DNA from: Camelus dromedarius
Lineage: Eukaryota
Reading direction: 5' to 3'
Length of the DNA stretch: 64,000 nucleotides
Assembly (NCBI RefSeq): GCF_036321535.1
Contig: NC_087438.1
Location: forward strand, 2,048,001-2,112,000
Part shown: piece after piece, positions 11,788 through 24,868 of the stretch
How positions within the stretch are numbered: the stretch's first letter is position 1
Layout: the number at the start of each line of letters is the position of its first letter
The notes under the pieces: model-generated
Seen by the model: only the letters and a program-made list of their open reading frames with translations
The model's database searches: none
Told to the model about the DNA's origin: nothing
Translations under genes and position numbers: made by a program

Positions 11788-14700
11788 ATGTATGTAATGA
11801 CTGTACGCATATAACCTGTGATGTTTATGTATATTTCATACATTTTTTGAAAAAAAGAAGAATTCTAATCCTTCCTGAAAAGGAAAGGTGGCCATCGTGG
11901 TCACGGTCCCGGGGTGACCTAATACGTCTGTACTTCTTAGGGTCCATATGGCTTCACTGCTGTGTTTGTGAGTCGCCGTGTATGCTCTGGGCATGCGTCC
12001 TGTAGCTAGACCACATGTGTCCCCACGTCCCCTTCAGACAGGGATGCCCACCCATCAAGTTCCTTTCTTCACTTCCTCCTGAGACCCAGGGCCTAGGGCG
12101 TGCTGAGGACGCAGTGACCGTGGCCCCGGCCCCTCAGTGTAAGCCGCTCACCTGCTTGCTGGTGTCCGAGGCTGAGCAGTTAAGACACACCTTGGAGGAA
12201 CGGCCCTTCACGCATGTGTCCAGACGAGCTGGTGGGTGTGCCTCAGAAAAGAACCCACAGCCCTGTCCCGTCGGTACATGACGTCTGAACAGCCGCCCAG
12301 GTAGGGTGCGACCGGCCCTGCAGAGAGCCTTTAGCAGGCACGTGTCTCTGAGGACAGCACAGGCAGAAGGAAGATGAAATGGGCAACAATACAGGACTGA
12401 CTTTTAATTACCAAAGTATTTTCCGCTTTGTCAAAATGCCTTATTCTTGCAGTGTTTCGGCGGTTTATCTGCTCCTTCTCCCATTCCCTGACCCCTTCAG
12501 CAAGTACAGTGCTCTGGGCGTTAGGAATCGGGACATGGGGAGGGGGGGCAGACAAACCCCTGTGCCCTCAGGCAGTTGTCTGGGGGGCGGCGTTGTGAGA
12601 CGGGAGCATCCTCAAGAGTTCGCGTCTGCGGTCTTCTGGCCCCTGGTCTTAGGCAGGTGGAGGCACCGGGACAAAGCCTTGGACAACGTTCCACACGTGG
12701 CCTGAGTCCCGGGCACCCTGAGTCCAGCTGGGGGGTTTCCTTGCAAGGAAAGAGCAGACTTGCTCCACTGTCCTTATGTGTACCCTCTGACCTCTCCAAG
12801 CCTCCGCTCAGTCCTGCTTGAAAGCCCACCTTCCATGAAGCAGCCTTGCGTTTTGGCTGCAGATGCGCCGTTCTGTGACGGATTCTGCTCAAATCCCCCT
12901 TACGGCGGGCACGCTCAGGTGAGAGTGGCATTTGCACTTGGCGTCTCAGTTTACAGCCTCTTTAATTATGCCTGGTCTCCGAAGCACTTACCCGGGGCTC
13001 TTAAATAGAGCTGGCCCTTTTTATTTAATTTCATTTGCCTGTTAGTGCTTGGAGAGGATCCAGCAAAGCACTTGGGTAAATTCAATAAAGCTCATCCCAC
13101 AATTAATACAGGGCCCGATGACAACGGCGGCCGGTCCTTTAAAAAGAGCTTAGAGATTCGACTGGAGGCACCGACGTTCCAGGGAGTTAGGTAACAGGAG
13201 TTGGAGCGAATAGATGAAATCACATATTACACAGTGCATAATTAGTCAGCTTGAAAGGTGGACTAGTCTACTATGAAACCCAATCAGAGTCTTGGGGAGA
13301 TTTGCACAACTGAATTTGCACTGGGAAGCTGTGGATTGCCTTGGGATAAATTACTGGTTTCCCCAGTTTCATCACACAAGTTGAGACAGCGTGGAGCTTT
13401 ATTTTAGGTTTTGTTTCACTCTCCCGTTTTTAGCCGTGCTGTAATTTGGAGCTAGCTACAGATGGAGTGAGGAGCATTACGTGGGCTCTTCCTATTCCCC
13501 TTGTGAGTCTAGGAATAGGTATTTCTTTTTAAAAAATATCATTATTAGTTATACACTACGTGGTTTCAGGGACCTCTGATTTATGATCATCAAGGTTTAC
13601 CGAGTTAAGTAAAGCTGAAAGATAATCAAACAGAGTGGTGGCCACAATTTCAAGGAAAAATAATCCCGCCATATCCACTGTGGACACATTCGAGGTGTGC
13701 ACGACATGTACGTGTTTCCACAGGGTCCTCAGCCAGGACCATCCGTCTCAAGAAGCTCTAAGTAGAAAGTGCGGATCTATGTTCCGAGCAGGAAAATAAA
13801 CTCTGCACACTCAGCTGCATCCAAGACACTGCTGACGCTGTTATTTCATTAATAACTCATTTCCGGTTGTCAAAAGCAATCGGCGTGGTAGTTCTCTCCT
13901 TGGTCCTGTTTATTATAAATCACTTTGCAACCATACTCTATTTTGCAGAGAATGAAAAGCAAAACCATTCTCTGTCAGCTGGAATTAAGAGTCGGGAAGC
14001 TATAGTCTTTCAGAAATGGAAACAGGTAAATTAGCATATGGAAATCTGCTCCAAACATCAACCCACGCCTGTCGACATAGGAAAATGAAATAACGTGTAT
14101 TCAGGCACAGAGATTAAAGTTACTTGAAGCATTTCCTAATTGTTCTTGCTGGTTAATAAGAAAGTCCTGTTGGAGTACTGTCAAGTTGTTGATTTTTCTT
14201 TTTAAATCTCAGTTGGGGCTTGTACTACATATAAAATAGGTATTTCAGAGGAATCCTCACAAGAACGCAAAGCTGGTTAAATCGGAACATAACGATGTAA
14301 CAATATGGTAATCCTAGTTTCAGACCTTTTAAAATCCTTTGTTTACGATTATAATACAGTTTTTATTTATGTGTGTTTACTTCTGGCCAAGGGAGCGAGA
14401 CATCTCCCGACCGAGGTCCCAGGTGAGCACAGGTGGCGGGGTCCTGCTGGTGGGCGGGGCCCTGCTGCTTCTGGAGCAGGGGGCGAGCTGTGATCCAGCC
14501 TTCTCTGTCGTAGCGGGTTGGGCTAGAAGATCCCTCTTCTGCTGGATGAACAGGGTGAGAACATGCTCCCTCCCGAGCGCCTTGGTTTCTCACCAATGGG
14601 GTGTGTCCCCAGTCGGGGGCATCCTTCCCCCCCCGCGGCCTGCAGAAGCCAGCAGGCCTGTCCATTGGGGTCCGGTTTGCTCAGTGGATTCACATTTGCC

Positions 14701-17700
14701 TAAAGGAGAATGTTGAGTGGAGCGTCAGAACTTGTCTGGAGGGATCCTTGTCCCAGAGTCGGAGACGAGACATGGGCCAGGGTGTTCCAGGTGCAGCGAA
14801 ACTGGGCCCTTCTCTCTGAGACACGGAAGCCAGCCCTCCAGTCACCTACACTGCCGTTTGTACAAATAATAAAATAGTCAACCCAGTGACACATTTGCTC
14901 TCACACACGGAGAGCATGGGCTGTGGTGTCAGGAGAATCTGTTTTCAAAGCACCTGCAGACTCACGGAGGCTGGCAGAGCCAGGCAAGGTCAGGACGGGG
15001 AGGCAGGCACCTCTCTCTAGCAACGGCGATCCTAAGGCTGCTGGGTTTACCATTCAGTTCAGACGGTCATCCTCACCGGGGAGAGGAAGCGGGAGGGAAG
15101 GTTAGAAACAGCTAAGATACTGTCCCCGCACATGTTAGAAGCCCTCGCCAACACAAGGAACGAGCCGGGGGCAGGGAGACTGTGCTGCTGGCGGAAGGGG
15201 TCCTCCCTGCTGGTGGCCTCTGTGTCCAGCAGCCCAGTGCACAGTGACCCTGCCCTTAGTTGATCTGCAGGTAGATTCACAAGTCGGAGAGGCTACATCG
15301 GAACAAAGCGGGGCCCATGGGCAACACTCTGGAAGGTTAGCTCCAGTTACTGCTGGTAACAGGTTCAAACTAAAAAAAATTTGAGGTGGAGCAGCGTTGG
15401 CCGGCAGAGCCACACCACTGGAATGAGGACGCCTGAAGCCAGTCGCAGTGCCCACTGGGTAAGCCTCCCGAGGGGAAACGGGAGACCTTCCGAGGAAAAT
15501 GACCCTGCGAGACAGGAAGGCCTGCGGCGTCCCCACCACGGCAGCAGAGCGGGCCGGTGCCGATGGCTCTCTCACTCCTGGGTCATCTGGAGCTCCACAG
15601 CATATCCCCAGGCTTGGCCCCTGTTCCCATCAGCCAAGGTGGCATCCGAGGGCGCTGGCCCCGGGGACCTTCTCACCTGGAGAACTCCAGCAGCTCGCCA
15701 GCCAGCCCTGCATCTGACACAGGTCATACCTGTATGTGCCTCAAGTGGTTGGCAGGTCCAGCCCATGGAGAGGACAGTCCACCTTCATGCACCCACTGCT
15801 GGCACGCAAGGCCTGAGCCCCTGTCGTCCCCACCCACGTCAGGGCACCCAGTGCCCTGTGCTCTGGGGTCCCTGGGCTGCACCCCCATGGTCTCGGCCTA
15901 AGGAGGTGAGTGGGGAGCACCCAGGCTCAGCCCCCTGGGAAGCCCCACTCTGTGCTGTGTCCACACCAGGAGCACAGTTGTGGGTGGGCAGGGGGCCGCA
16001 GGTCTGCCTGGGAGTGGCCTCCTCTGTGACCAGCACTCTCTTGTCCCCCCGCCCAGCCCCGTGCTCCCCTGGGTGGCGGCTGCATTCGCTCCTCTGAAAC
16101 CCTGTCTGGCAGGTCCGTGCTTTGGAGAAGGCTCGCATGGACTCTCAGACGTAAAGCCGCTTTTTCTCCACCAGCAGTCCCAGATCCATACCGGACAGAA
16201 CTTTCAAACAGGGTTCCAGAGTTTTCCAGGGGAACCCGCACCAGCCCCTCCCTCCAGCTGTGGACCTGCCCTCCTCCTCTTGCTCTGGCTTGGATGCATC
16301 TGGAGACTTCCTGGGTCCCTCTCCAGTATGGCCGAACACCTGCAGGCTGATTCGGGGACACCTTGTTCAGATGGACAGGGTCCCCCGGATCCTTGCCTCC
16401 GAACCCCCGCATCTGAGATGTTGTGTTATCAACAGCCTCAGTCCCGGGATTCCCAGAAAGGGACTTTGGTTCTGAAAAATCCATACCTGGGGTGTCACTG
16501 GAATCAGACAGAGTGGCCTGTGCAGAGCTGACAATCTATCTAGAATACTCTGTAAAATCTCAGATGCTATTTGTAAACAGAAATAACTGCACAGGCCAAA
16601 TCAGGCAAGTTCAGAGGAGACAAGACGCGGAGGCTTTGATAATGGAACTGCTCAAAAGCAGCATCTGTGCATTACTGCATCTACAAGTATGTACATTTCT
16701 GTACGTATACACACGGCAAATAGACTGGAAGACAGATGACAGGTTACTACTTTTGAGATCTCATTCAAATATAAAAGCAGTGAATGAGTAGAAACCAAGC
16801 CCCAGCACTGCAGTAAAAGGGGTGGAGGCTTCCATGAGGGCTTCCGGGAATTCCGGGACCTTGGGGTTTTACACCGCTGCGCCTCCAGCTCAACGCCGCC
16901 GTGGTCCGACGTGTCCTTGCTTTAAAGGTAATTCTAAAAGAGTGCACAGCCTGCATTATGGAATTCACAAGTTGAGTGTAGAAAGTGTGAATTTCTTGTC
17001 AATATGAATATACTAAGTAACACATAATGACATGATAGAATTTTCAGGAAAAAAGGAATCAGCACATAAAAGTGGCATCACTTAGATTCAGTCGCAGGTA
17101 AAATTTTACTGCATCTCGTTCCTTTATTTCGCATGTTCTTTTGTTTCTAATCTTTTAAACAAGGTACTAACCTGGTAAGTATGTTTTTATATCTTGTTTT
17201 TTTTTTCCCTTAAACGTTAGCAGATGTAATTATGTGCACATATTAACCGTCTTACTGAATAGTGTAAATAGTTAGGGTAGCACGTTTTCTTCTCTGTATG
17301 GCTTCAGTTACATTCTGTAAGTTTTGGGTGAAATTTTCTTGTTTTTGTTCGTTTCTACGCCATTTATAAAGTCTCAGATTTCAGTCCAGTTTGGTCCTAG
17401 AGGTATTTAGAGGAGGTGCTCCCCTGTCCTGGTCTTGTTTTTACTGCTTCCAGGTTTTCTGCACGTGATAAAAGAGTGCAGTCTAGAATCTCCAGACTCA
17501 AGGCCACGTGAGTACTGGAGGGGGACGGGCTGGGGACGCGCGTACGACTCTTAGCCCTGAGAACAGGAAACATTTAGGAAGCTTCATATGATCGCTGTTT
17601 GGTTGTAAGTAAAATGAAATACAGGCCCTACGGAGTGCAGACTTCCCCTGTTAATGTCAGTCTCTGTCAGTCTGTCCGTCGCTCTTCAAAATTAAACGTG

Positions 17701-18322
17701 TGTGTGTGCTGCTGTGATTACTGCCGAATTATTTGTCAAAAATCCAAAGAGATGTTACAGTTTCCCCGTATGATGGCAGTTTTTCACCTGCTCCTTAGAC
17801 GACGTTTAAGAGATCTTGCCTTTTGTGTCTCTCTGCCATGTTGCTGAATGCCTGAAATCCATGATTAAATCGCTTACAGATCCGAGTTACGGCCGTGAAA
17901 CGCCACCTCCCCGGCCCCGGGAGTTTGCAAAGTCCACTCTGTGATGCTCCCCAGGAGCTACCTTTACCTATTTTGAACGCACAGGTTTACGTGTATTTTT
18001 TCTCGAGCTAAAGTTTATACCCACGTCCCCAGCCTTTCTCTCCTCCAGGATTTCAGAATATTATTACCTCGACTTTCTCCTTTCTTCCCAGTTTGAATTG
18101 ATGTAGATCAGAATGCTCTTCCACATATTTTTTATTGTAGCATTTTCATCCATTTCTAGTGTGATTTCTCAACCACTGCATTGCAGTTCATAACTACGTT
18201 GTCACCACGCGATCACAATCGACAAGCCACGTGTGCTTTCACGCTTACAACCTGGCCCTGACACTGCACGACAAGGACATACATTTACGGAGTTAATTTT
18301 TATTGGAGTTAAGAATTTTACC

Positions 18323-18372
18323 CCAGAAGTTGACACAGCATTGTAAACTGACTATACTTCAATTAAAAAAAA
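18323..18372 (+). mobile_element. Extremely 5'-truncated L1 3' terminus (artiodactyl/camelid type)
   Basis: ccagaagttgacacagcattgtaaactgactatacttcaattaaaaaaaa matches the 3' ends of the other L1 copies in the window and ends in poly(A). Confidence 0.8.
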
Positions 18373-18577
18373 TTATCTTACATGACTTTTTTCCCTAAAG
18401 TTTACGCAGGTTTCTGAAACCACACGCCACACAATATCCTCTCTTGCTCTGCTGTGAGTAGTGACCAGGATGAGATGGAATCCCATGGTCGCTGCCACCT
18501 TTTCTGGATTCCCGTTTTGCAGATTAGAAGTCTAGACTCCCACGGCACTGTGGTGTGAGGTGAAGTCGAGGTTATGG

Positions 18578-20235
18578 CCGCACCATTTGTTGAGAAAATT
18601 ACCCTTCCCAGTGAAATGTCCTTGTGCCTTTGTCGAAAATAGTTGACCATACATATGTGAATCTATTTCTGGATTCTCTGTTATGTTCCACTTGTTTACC
18701 TTTATGCAAATTCAGCACTATTTTGATTATGGATTTATAATAAATTTTGAATTAAGATAGCATGTTTTCCAACTTTGTTCTTTTACAAAATTCCTTTGGC
18801 TATTTTAGATCTTTTGCATTTCCATATAAATTTAGAATTAACTTGTCAAATTCTATGTAAAAACATGCTGGGATTTTGGCTGGATTTGTGCTGATACAAT
18901 GACTAATTTTGGAGGAACTGACATCTTAGCAGTCTCAAGTCTCTGATCCGCGAGCATGGTGTCTCTCTCCATTTATTTAGGTCTGCAGTTTTTTCCCAGC
19001 AATGTTTTCTGGTTTTTACATGTCTAACATAACTTTTGTCAAATTGATCTCTTTTTTGTTTTCATACTTTCAATGCTACAGTAAATCTTCTTCAATTTCT
19101 GATTTTTTTGTGGCTCCCTGAATTTTGCAATCTTGCTAAACCCAGTTAAAGTCCTAATACCTTTTTGTACATTTCTCAGAACTTTCTGCATAAATGATAC
19201 TTGTAAGTAAAAAGAATTTTGCTTTCTTCATCCCCCTCATGCTTTTATTTCTTTTTTTTTCTGAAGTCACTGTGAAGACGTCTGTAATAATGTTGAACCC
19301 AAGACGTGAGAGTGGGATCCTTGCCCTTTCCTGATCTTATGTAGAAAATACTCATTTCTCCACCATTAGCAATGAAGTTGGCTGTAGGTTTTTAAAATTC
19401 CCATTTCTAGGTTGAGGAATTTTTTTTCCTATTTCTATTTTGCTGAAAGAAAACGTTGAGTTTTTCAAATGCTTTTTCTGCATCTATTGAGACAATTATG
19501 TATTTTGAAATGTTTATTAACCACACAGATTTATTTTTCAAATAAAAACCAAACTTGCATTCCTACTTAGTCATGATCTTTTAACATTTTTATATTTTTT
19601 TTACTTGATTTAATAAAATTTTGCTAAAAATATTTGCATCTAATTTCTTGAAAGGTATGGAACTGTAGTTTTATTTTTTCTGGTATTTTGTCTGATTATA
19701 GTATCAGAATGAAGCCGGCGTCATGCTGGATGAGTTTGTATAGAGCAGGCATTATTTCTTCCTTTAACATTCTTTTGAATTCACCAGTGAAGCCATGTGG
19801 ACCTGGAGTTGCCTTTGTGGGAAGATTTTTAAGTACAAGTTCAATTTCTGCAAAAGACACAGGGCTGTTTAAGTTATGTTTCTTCTTATGTGAGCTTTGC
19901 TATTTTGTATCTTTCAATATTTTATATTTTTCAAGAAATATGTTCAATTAATCTAAGTCATCAAATTCACCACTACAGAGTCATTCATAATATTCCATTA
20001 TATCTTTTTGTTGTTTGTTGGGTCAGTAGTAATGCCCCCTTTGTCATTCGTGATGTTACTAATTTGTATCTTTCCTCTTTTTCCTGAGCAGTGTTGCTAG
20101 AGATTTATCAATTTCATGGATCTTCTCAAGAAACCAGCCTTTGGTTTAATTGATTTTCTTTATTGATTTCCTGTTTTTTGTTTCATTGATTTCTGCTCAT
20201 ATGCTTATTATTTCCTTTTTCTGTTCTACTTTGGT
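18578..20235 (-). mobile_element. Old L1 (L1M-type) ORF2 fragment, ~1.65 kb, decayed
   Basis: T-rich antisense L1 texture. The minus strand near 18580-18640 reads FDKGTRTFHWGR, like L1 ORF2 FDKGAKNIQWGK. Diagnostic strings include ttgcattccatataaatttagaat, ctgcatctattgaga and ttcaccagtgaagccat. Many stops and frameshifts. Confidence 0.9.
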
Positions 20236-20924
20236 GTTAGAATTACTTCCTTTGTTACACACGAGGGAAACCAGACACCAGCACCTGATTTCAGGACCCC
20301 TTTTTCTCCACACTCCTTCACCTCTGGGAGGCCTGCCTCCCCTGACCACCACCACTTCCCTCATCATTCGCGTTGTCACTTTGCTATTCTTGGTGACCTG
20401 CCTCCCTTATGTGGGGCTTGTGTCCTTGAACTGTCTGCTTTTCTGTGCCTGATGGACACAGCGGCCCAGGTGGGTGGGACAGAGACACAGGTAAGATGGT
20501 TCAGAGCTGATGCCCATAGCAATATTTATTTTTGAGAATTATTACTTGATAAAAGGACATGAATCACACATTGTGAAGACCTGAGGGAACCTGAGGAGAA
20601 GTGCAAAGTGACAACTGTGAAATAAGAAGAAATACTTAACAAATGAATGGCTAAGTCAAATCCCACGTGTGGCAGTTCCCTGATCGTAAATGCCAAGCCT
20701 GTAGATGACTCCAGTGCACGACTCGGGGGGAAGGGAGACGGAGATGCCTTCCCCTGTCATCAGAGACGGGCCATCGCCTCCCCCAGGAGCCTCCACACCC
20801 CACCTTCTGGAGACCTGCGAGCTTTCTCTCCTGGGGCCGCCATGTTCTGATGCAGGCAGACCCTCTCGGGGCAGTGACAGCCACTCCACCAGGGTGAGAA
20901 AAGTGCTGGCCTGAACATCAAGTT

Positions 20925-21110
20925 CAGAGAGAAGATGGTGGAGGAAAGAATGAAGAACTTAGAGAACTAGCAACGGAAATTATGAAACTGAAATGACACA
21001 AGACCACTTACAACAGCATCAAAAATGCAACATTTAGGGATAAATGTAACACAGGTTGTAAGCTCTGAGTGGAAACCACAGAACATAGCGGAGAGAAATG
21101 CTGAAGGGGC
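20925..21110 (+). mobile_element. Short decayed L1M fragments (ORF1/ORF2-like)
   Basis: gaggaaagaatgaagaacttagaga...gaaattatgaaactgaaa and ccacttacaacagcatcaaaaatgcaacatttagggataaatgtaac resemble L1 internal sequence. Confidence 0.5.
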
Positions 21111-24002
21111 TAAGGATGCACTGTATTCTATGAGGGATCTCGTGTGCTGGAAAGTGAGTGAACCTGAGAAAGCAGGTCACCAACGCTCAGTGTCCTGGGT
21201 GCCTGTTGGGAGCACTGAGGTGACGGGAGAGAGGAAACCATGCTGGCACGTGAAGTACTGATGGAGACCTGGGGTTTTGGTGGGCGAGTTGATGGGGTTT
21301 CCTAATCCGAGGCAGGAGGAGATGCTGTGGCAGGCATTCTGGGTAGTGGTGTCTCCTCGCCAACGACTGCAGGGAAAGAAAGGTCCACGGGCTGCGCCAG
21401 CACGCCCACCTTCCATCGCCAGGGTCCCCGCACACACGAGGTGCCTGTCCGGGGTTCCTCCCCCACGTCTCAGCGCAGGGAGGGCAGCCTTCCTCTCCTT
21501 TGTGGACGCGGGGTAACTGAAGTAGGCTTGGAAACTGATATTCCTCCAGCCTCGACCATTTCCCAGCAGGTGCTAAAGCAGCGACCTTCCTTGTTCACTT
21601 GGGAGAAGCCCCACGACCTGGAAATGATGGGTGGATAATTTGCTGATTCCTGTGTGTTCATGCAGCTGAGGGACCCATGGGTCCATCTATCTCTCCAGTA
21701 TTTTATCCTCGATGCAAACACAGAGGCAGCATGGAGGGGCTCTTCTGTGAATACTTGAGGAACAGAAAACAGCCAGCCAGGTGAGAGAAGAGGCAAGCTA
21801 GAAGAAAAAGAACACTTTCCAAATTCCAAAAAACAATTTGGTGTAGGTACAAGCCAGGATGTATTAAATTCTCAAGACTGTAAGCCTTGATATGAGTAAC
21901 CATTGAGTTCGTTCAGACTGACTTTATATAAATCGTCAACACTGAGTTGTTTGATGGGTTTTAAAAACATGATTTATTTTTACCCAAATTCAAAATGGAA
22001 CAAACAGCACTCCTCACTCTCATGTGAAAGTCTCCAACAGCTTGCAGGTTTTTGAACACCATAGTAGAAGCTAAATACCATTTAGTTGCTTTGTTGAACA
22101 ATCCTGTGATTCTGGAACACCACGAAAATTCCACCTAGGCTGGGGCGGTGAGAGGGCCTGGCTGGAGAGAGAGGGTGGGGCTGACATTTGTCCAGAATGA
22201 CAGAAAGAAACAGACTTGGAAAGAGGACTGAGGAGCAGTCGATTGGCCCGCTCTCCACGACTTCTGACTCAAAGAGAAGAGTGAGTGTCCCAGCTGAGAC
22301 TGGGCTGCCGTCAGACATACGACCCTATACAAGGTGAACAGCTGGGTCCAGCAGCCAGGACCCTTCGCCTGGGCGGAGGGCTCCCTGCGACTGGGAAGGA
22401 CGCATGAGTCCAGGTGCTGGGCTGAGCTGGGCTGCCCCATCAGCTGTGTCTCTCCACAAAGGCCACGGTGAGACCCCCTCAGCCCTGGGGATGTTGGTCA
22501 CTCCTCTGACCGCCACGATTCACCCCCATGGAAAGCTGGACCTGAAAACATTGGACTGATTCCTGTGGTCGATCTCAGCAGTCCAGGATAAATCAGGACA
22601 AGCTTCAGACCAAGGTCTGCCCGTGGTCCCCCTCAGTCCATCCATGCGTGCTCTGATGTTGCTAGGCGGATGGATGCTTTCAAATAAAATATTCTTTTAT
22701 CCTCATGAATCAGGCTTTGACCCTACAAGGACAGTGACAGTGAAGCATCCTGTCACACCTCTGTCCACTCACCTGGAGCCCATCCTGAGGTGTGCCCTGG
22801 GCATGTTTGTGGCTGAAATGTCCCAGGAAGTGTGTCTGGTGATGGATGAAAGTTTTTATTTTCAGTTTATGTTTGCTCACTGTCCCCCGTCAAGAATGCA
22901 TCTGGACGTGTTTCCAGCAGGTGAGGGCATCGGGGCAAATCCCTGGATGCAGCAATGTCGGCTAGTTGCTGGCCTGGACCTGGACGCCCAAGGAGCCTTG
23001 GCGTGCTGTGAGCGCTGTCTGGGTCCCTGCGTCTCACCTGCCAAGTGTGGGGACCGAACCGATGGGACTCGGGGGGCTGGAAAGAAGTAAACTTGGTAGG
23101 ACAGGAGCTTTCTCATTCATTTCACACCTCTTTAAAATCAGACGGTGACGCAAATAATTTTCTGGCTTTATCAACCCTCCTCAGTGCATCAGCTACACAG
23201 TGAGGTTCCTCTGCTTTCTTTCTGCCCCCAGACAACCGGATTTGGGACGGGGGGTTGAAGAGGAAAGGAGAAACTCGTGCGACCGGGCGATGGGACTCGT
23301 GCTGGGAGGAAGGAGCGCCGGGAGCTGCAGCCCTTTCTGTCCCTGGAGGCTCAGCCCCGCCACCCACACGGGGGGGGGGGGGGACACGCGTGCCTTCAGC
23401 AGCGGCCCTCACCCGGCTGCTTCTGGAACCATTTGGTTATTCAGATGAGGACGCTCAGGCCTTCATGTTTGACTGCACTGCTGTCTACAAATCAGGTGAA
23501 GAGAGAGTCAGGGTTTGTTGCCAACAGGGTCCCTGAAGAGCCCTCAGAGAAAAACCGGGAAGGCCCGTCTTCAGCCTGGCTCTGCCGCAGGCTCCCCTGG
23601 GGCCCAGAAAGCTTCTCTCACCTGCCTTGGCCTTGGCCTGCCTGCCCACGAAACTGAGGCAGGTGGACAAGCTGACCACCCCCACTTCACCAGCCGGAAA
23701 AATAATACCCCGCAGCTTTATGCCTTGGAGATGTTCCTTCTGGAGCGTGTGTGTGTTCAGGAAACAGATCTCACTCATGTGAAAGAGAGCAGCATACTTG
23801 CCGCTCAAAATGGTTACCTATATGATTCGTAGAAACACAATGTCGATGGCGGGAAAGAAAGCTCTCCTCGTGAGAATTAATTGCAGATTTTGGAGAATAA
23901 GACAGAATGAGACAGTTTGGGCCCGTTCTACTGGCATAGAACCCAGTCTTCAAGAATTAGTTTCTGTCAAGATCATCAAAACAGTGATTAAAAAAGAGAA
24001 CT

Positions 24003-24105
24003 TGAAAAGGAACATATATGCAGAAATGGATCACTATGCTGCACATCAGAAATTAACACAACAGTGTCACTCGACTATACGTTGATAAAAATAAATTAAA
24101 AAAAA
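24003..24105 (+). mobile_element. 5'-truncated L1 3' end
   Basis: tgaaaaggaacatatatg...atcactatgctgcacatcagaaattaacacaacagtgtcactcgactatac followed by an A-rich tail. Confidence 0.85.
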
Positions 24106-24507
24106 TTTTAACAGTAGAGATGAGGAAACATGCAGGGCTGGGTCTCTGGTAGCAGAGCAAAGCGCCGTGGTCCTTCTGTCTGGGAGACTGGAGAGCTGTT
24201 CCTTTAACAGAGATGCTGTAAGTCACGGCACCCGTCTCTAATAGTTGTCACCCATCCCTCTGCTCTAAGAGAGCCACATCTCATCTTCTGCGTGAAGGCT
24301 TTGTGGCTGCTGCCCTGGCACTGGAGATAAATCAGCACATCATATCATGAAATCAGATACCACGATGGCATACAGACAGATCGAAACCTCTTGTGGGAAA
24401 GATTCTACCAAATCCCAGCATTCCGTGCACCAGCCCACGTGCTCTAACCCAGCTCAGCGATTTTCCTAGACTCTGTTAGACATAGACAGACTGCAAGAGG
24501 GAACACT

Positions 24508-24536
24508 GAAGCCTAATTAAGAAGCCTAATTAAGAA
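24508..24536. repeat. 13-bp tandem duplication containing TAATTA
   Basis: gaagcctaattaa x2 followed by gaa. Confidence 0.9.
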
Positions 24537-24710
24537 ACCACACAAATGAGCACTTCTGGTTCTCAGGAGGGCTCACCAAACAGCTCGCCAAGGACCAGAG
24601 CCTAATAAACCAGGCAAACAGGCAGGAAAGCCAGGCCAGGTCTGATATAACTTACCAGTCTGCCTTTGAGGAAAGCACACTTTCATTTTTTGAATTAAAA
24701 TTTGGGTTGT

Positions 24711-24868
24711 TACTGTATAGCACAGGGAACTACATTCAGTATCCTGCAATGACCTATAATGAAAAAGAATGTGAAAAGGACTGTGTATACGTGTAACTAA
24801 ATCACTAGGCTGTGTACCTGAAATTGGCACAACGTTGTAAACCAACTACACCTCAATTAAAAAAAAAA
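24711..24868 (+). mobile_element. 5'-truncated L1 3' end with poly(A) and probable degenerate target-site duplication
   Basis: tactgtatagcacagggaactacattcag...acaacgttgtaaaccaactacacctcaatt(A)n. Flanks AATTTGGGTTGT (24699-24710) and AATTTGGACTGT (24877-24888) match at 10/12. Confidence 0.92.

Noticed and set aside
14392..14422. Possible 31-nt exon (ttctggccaag|G ... CAG|GTGAGC)
   Set aside because: Splice-like signals alone are common, and no partner exons or protein match support it. RNA-seq would be needed.
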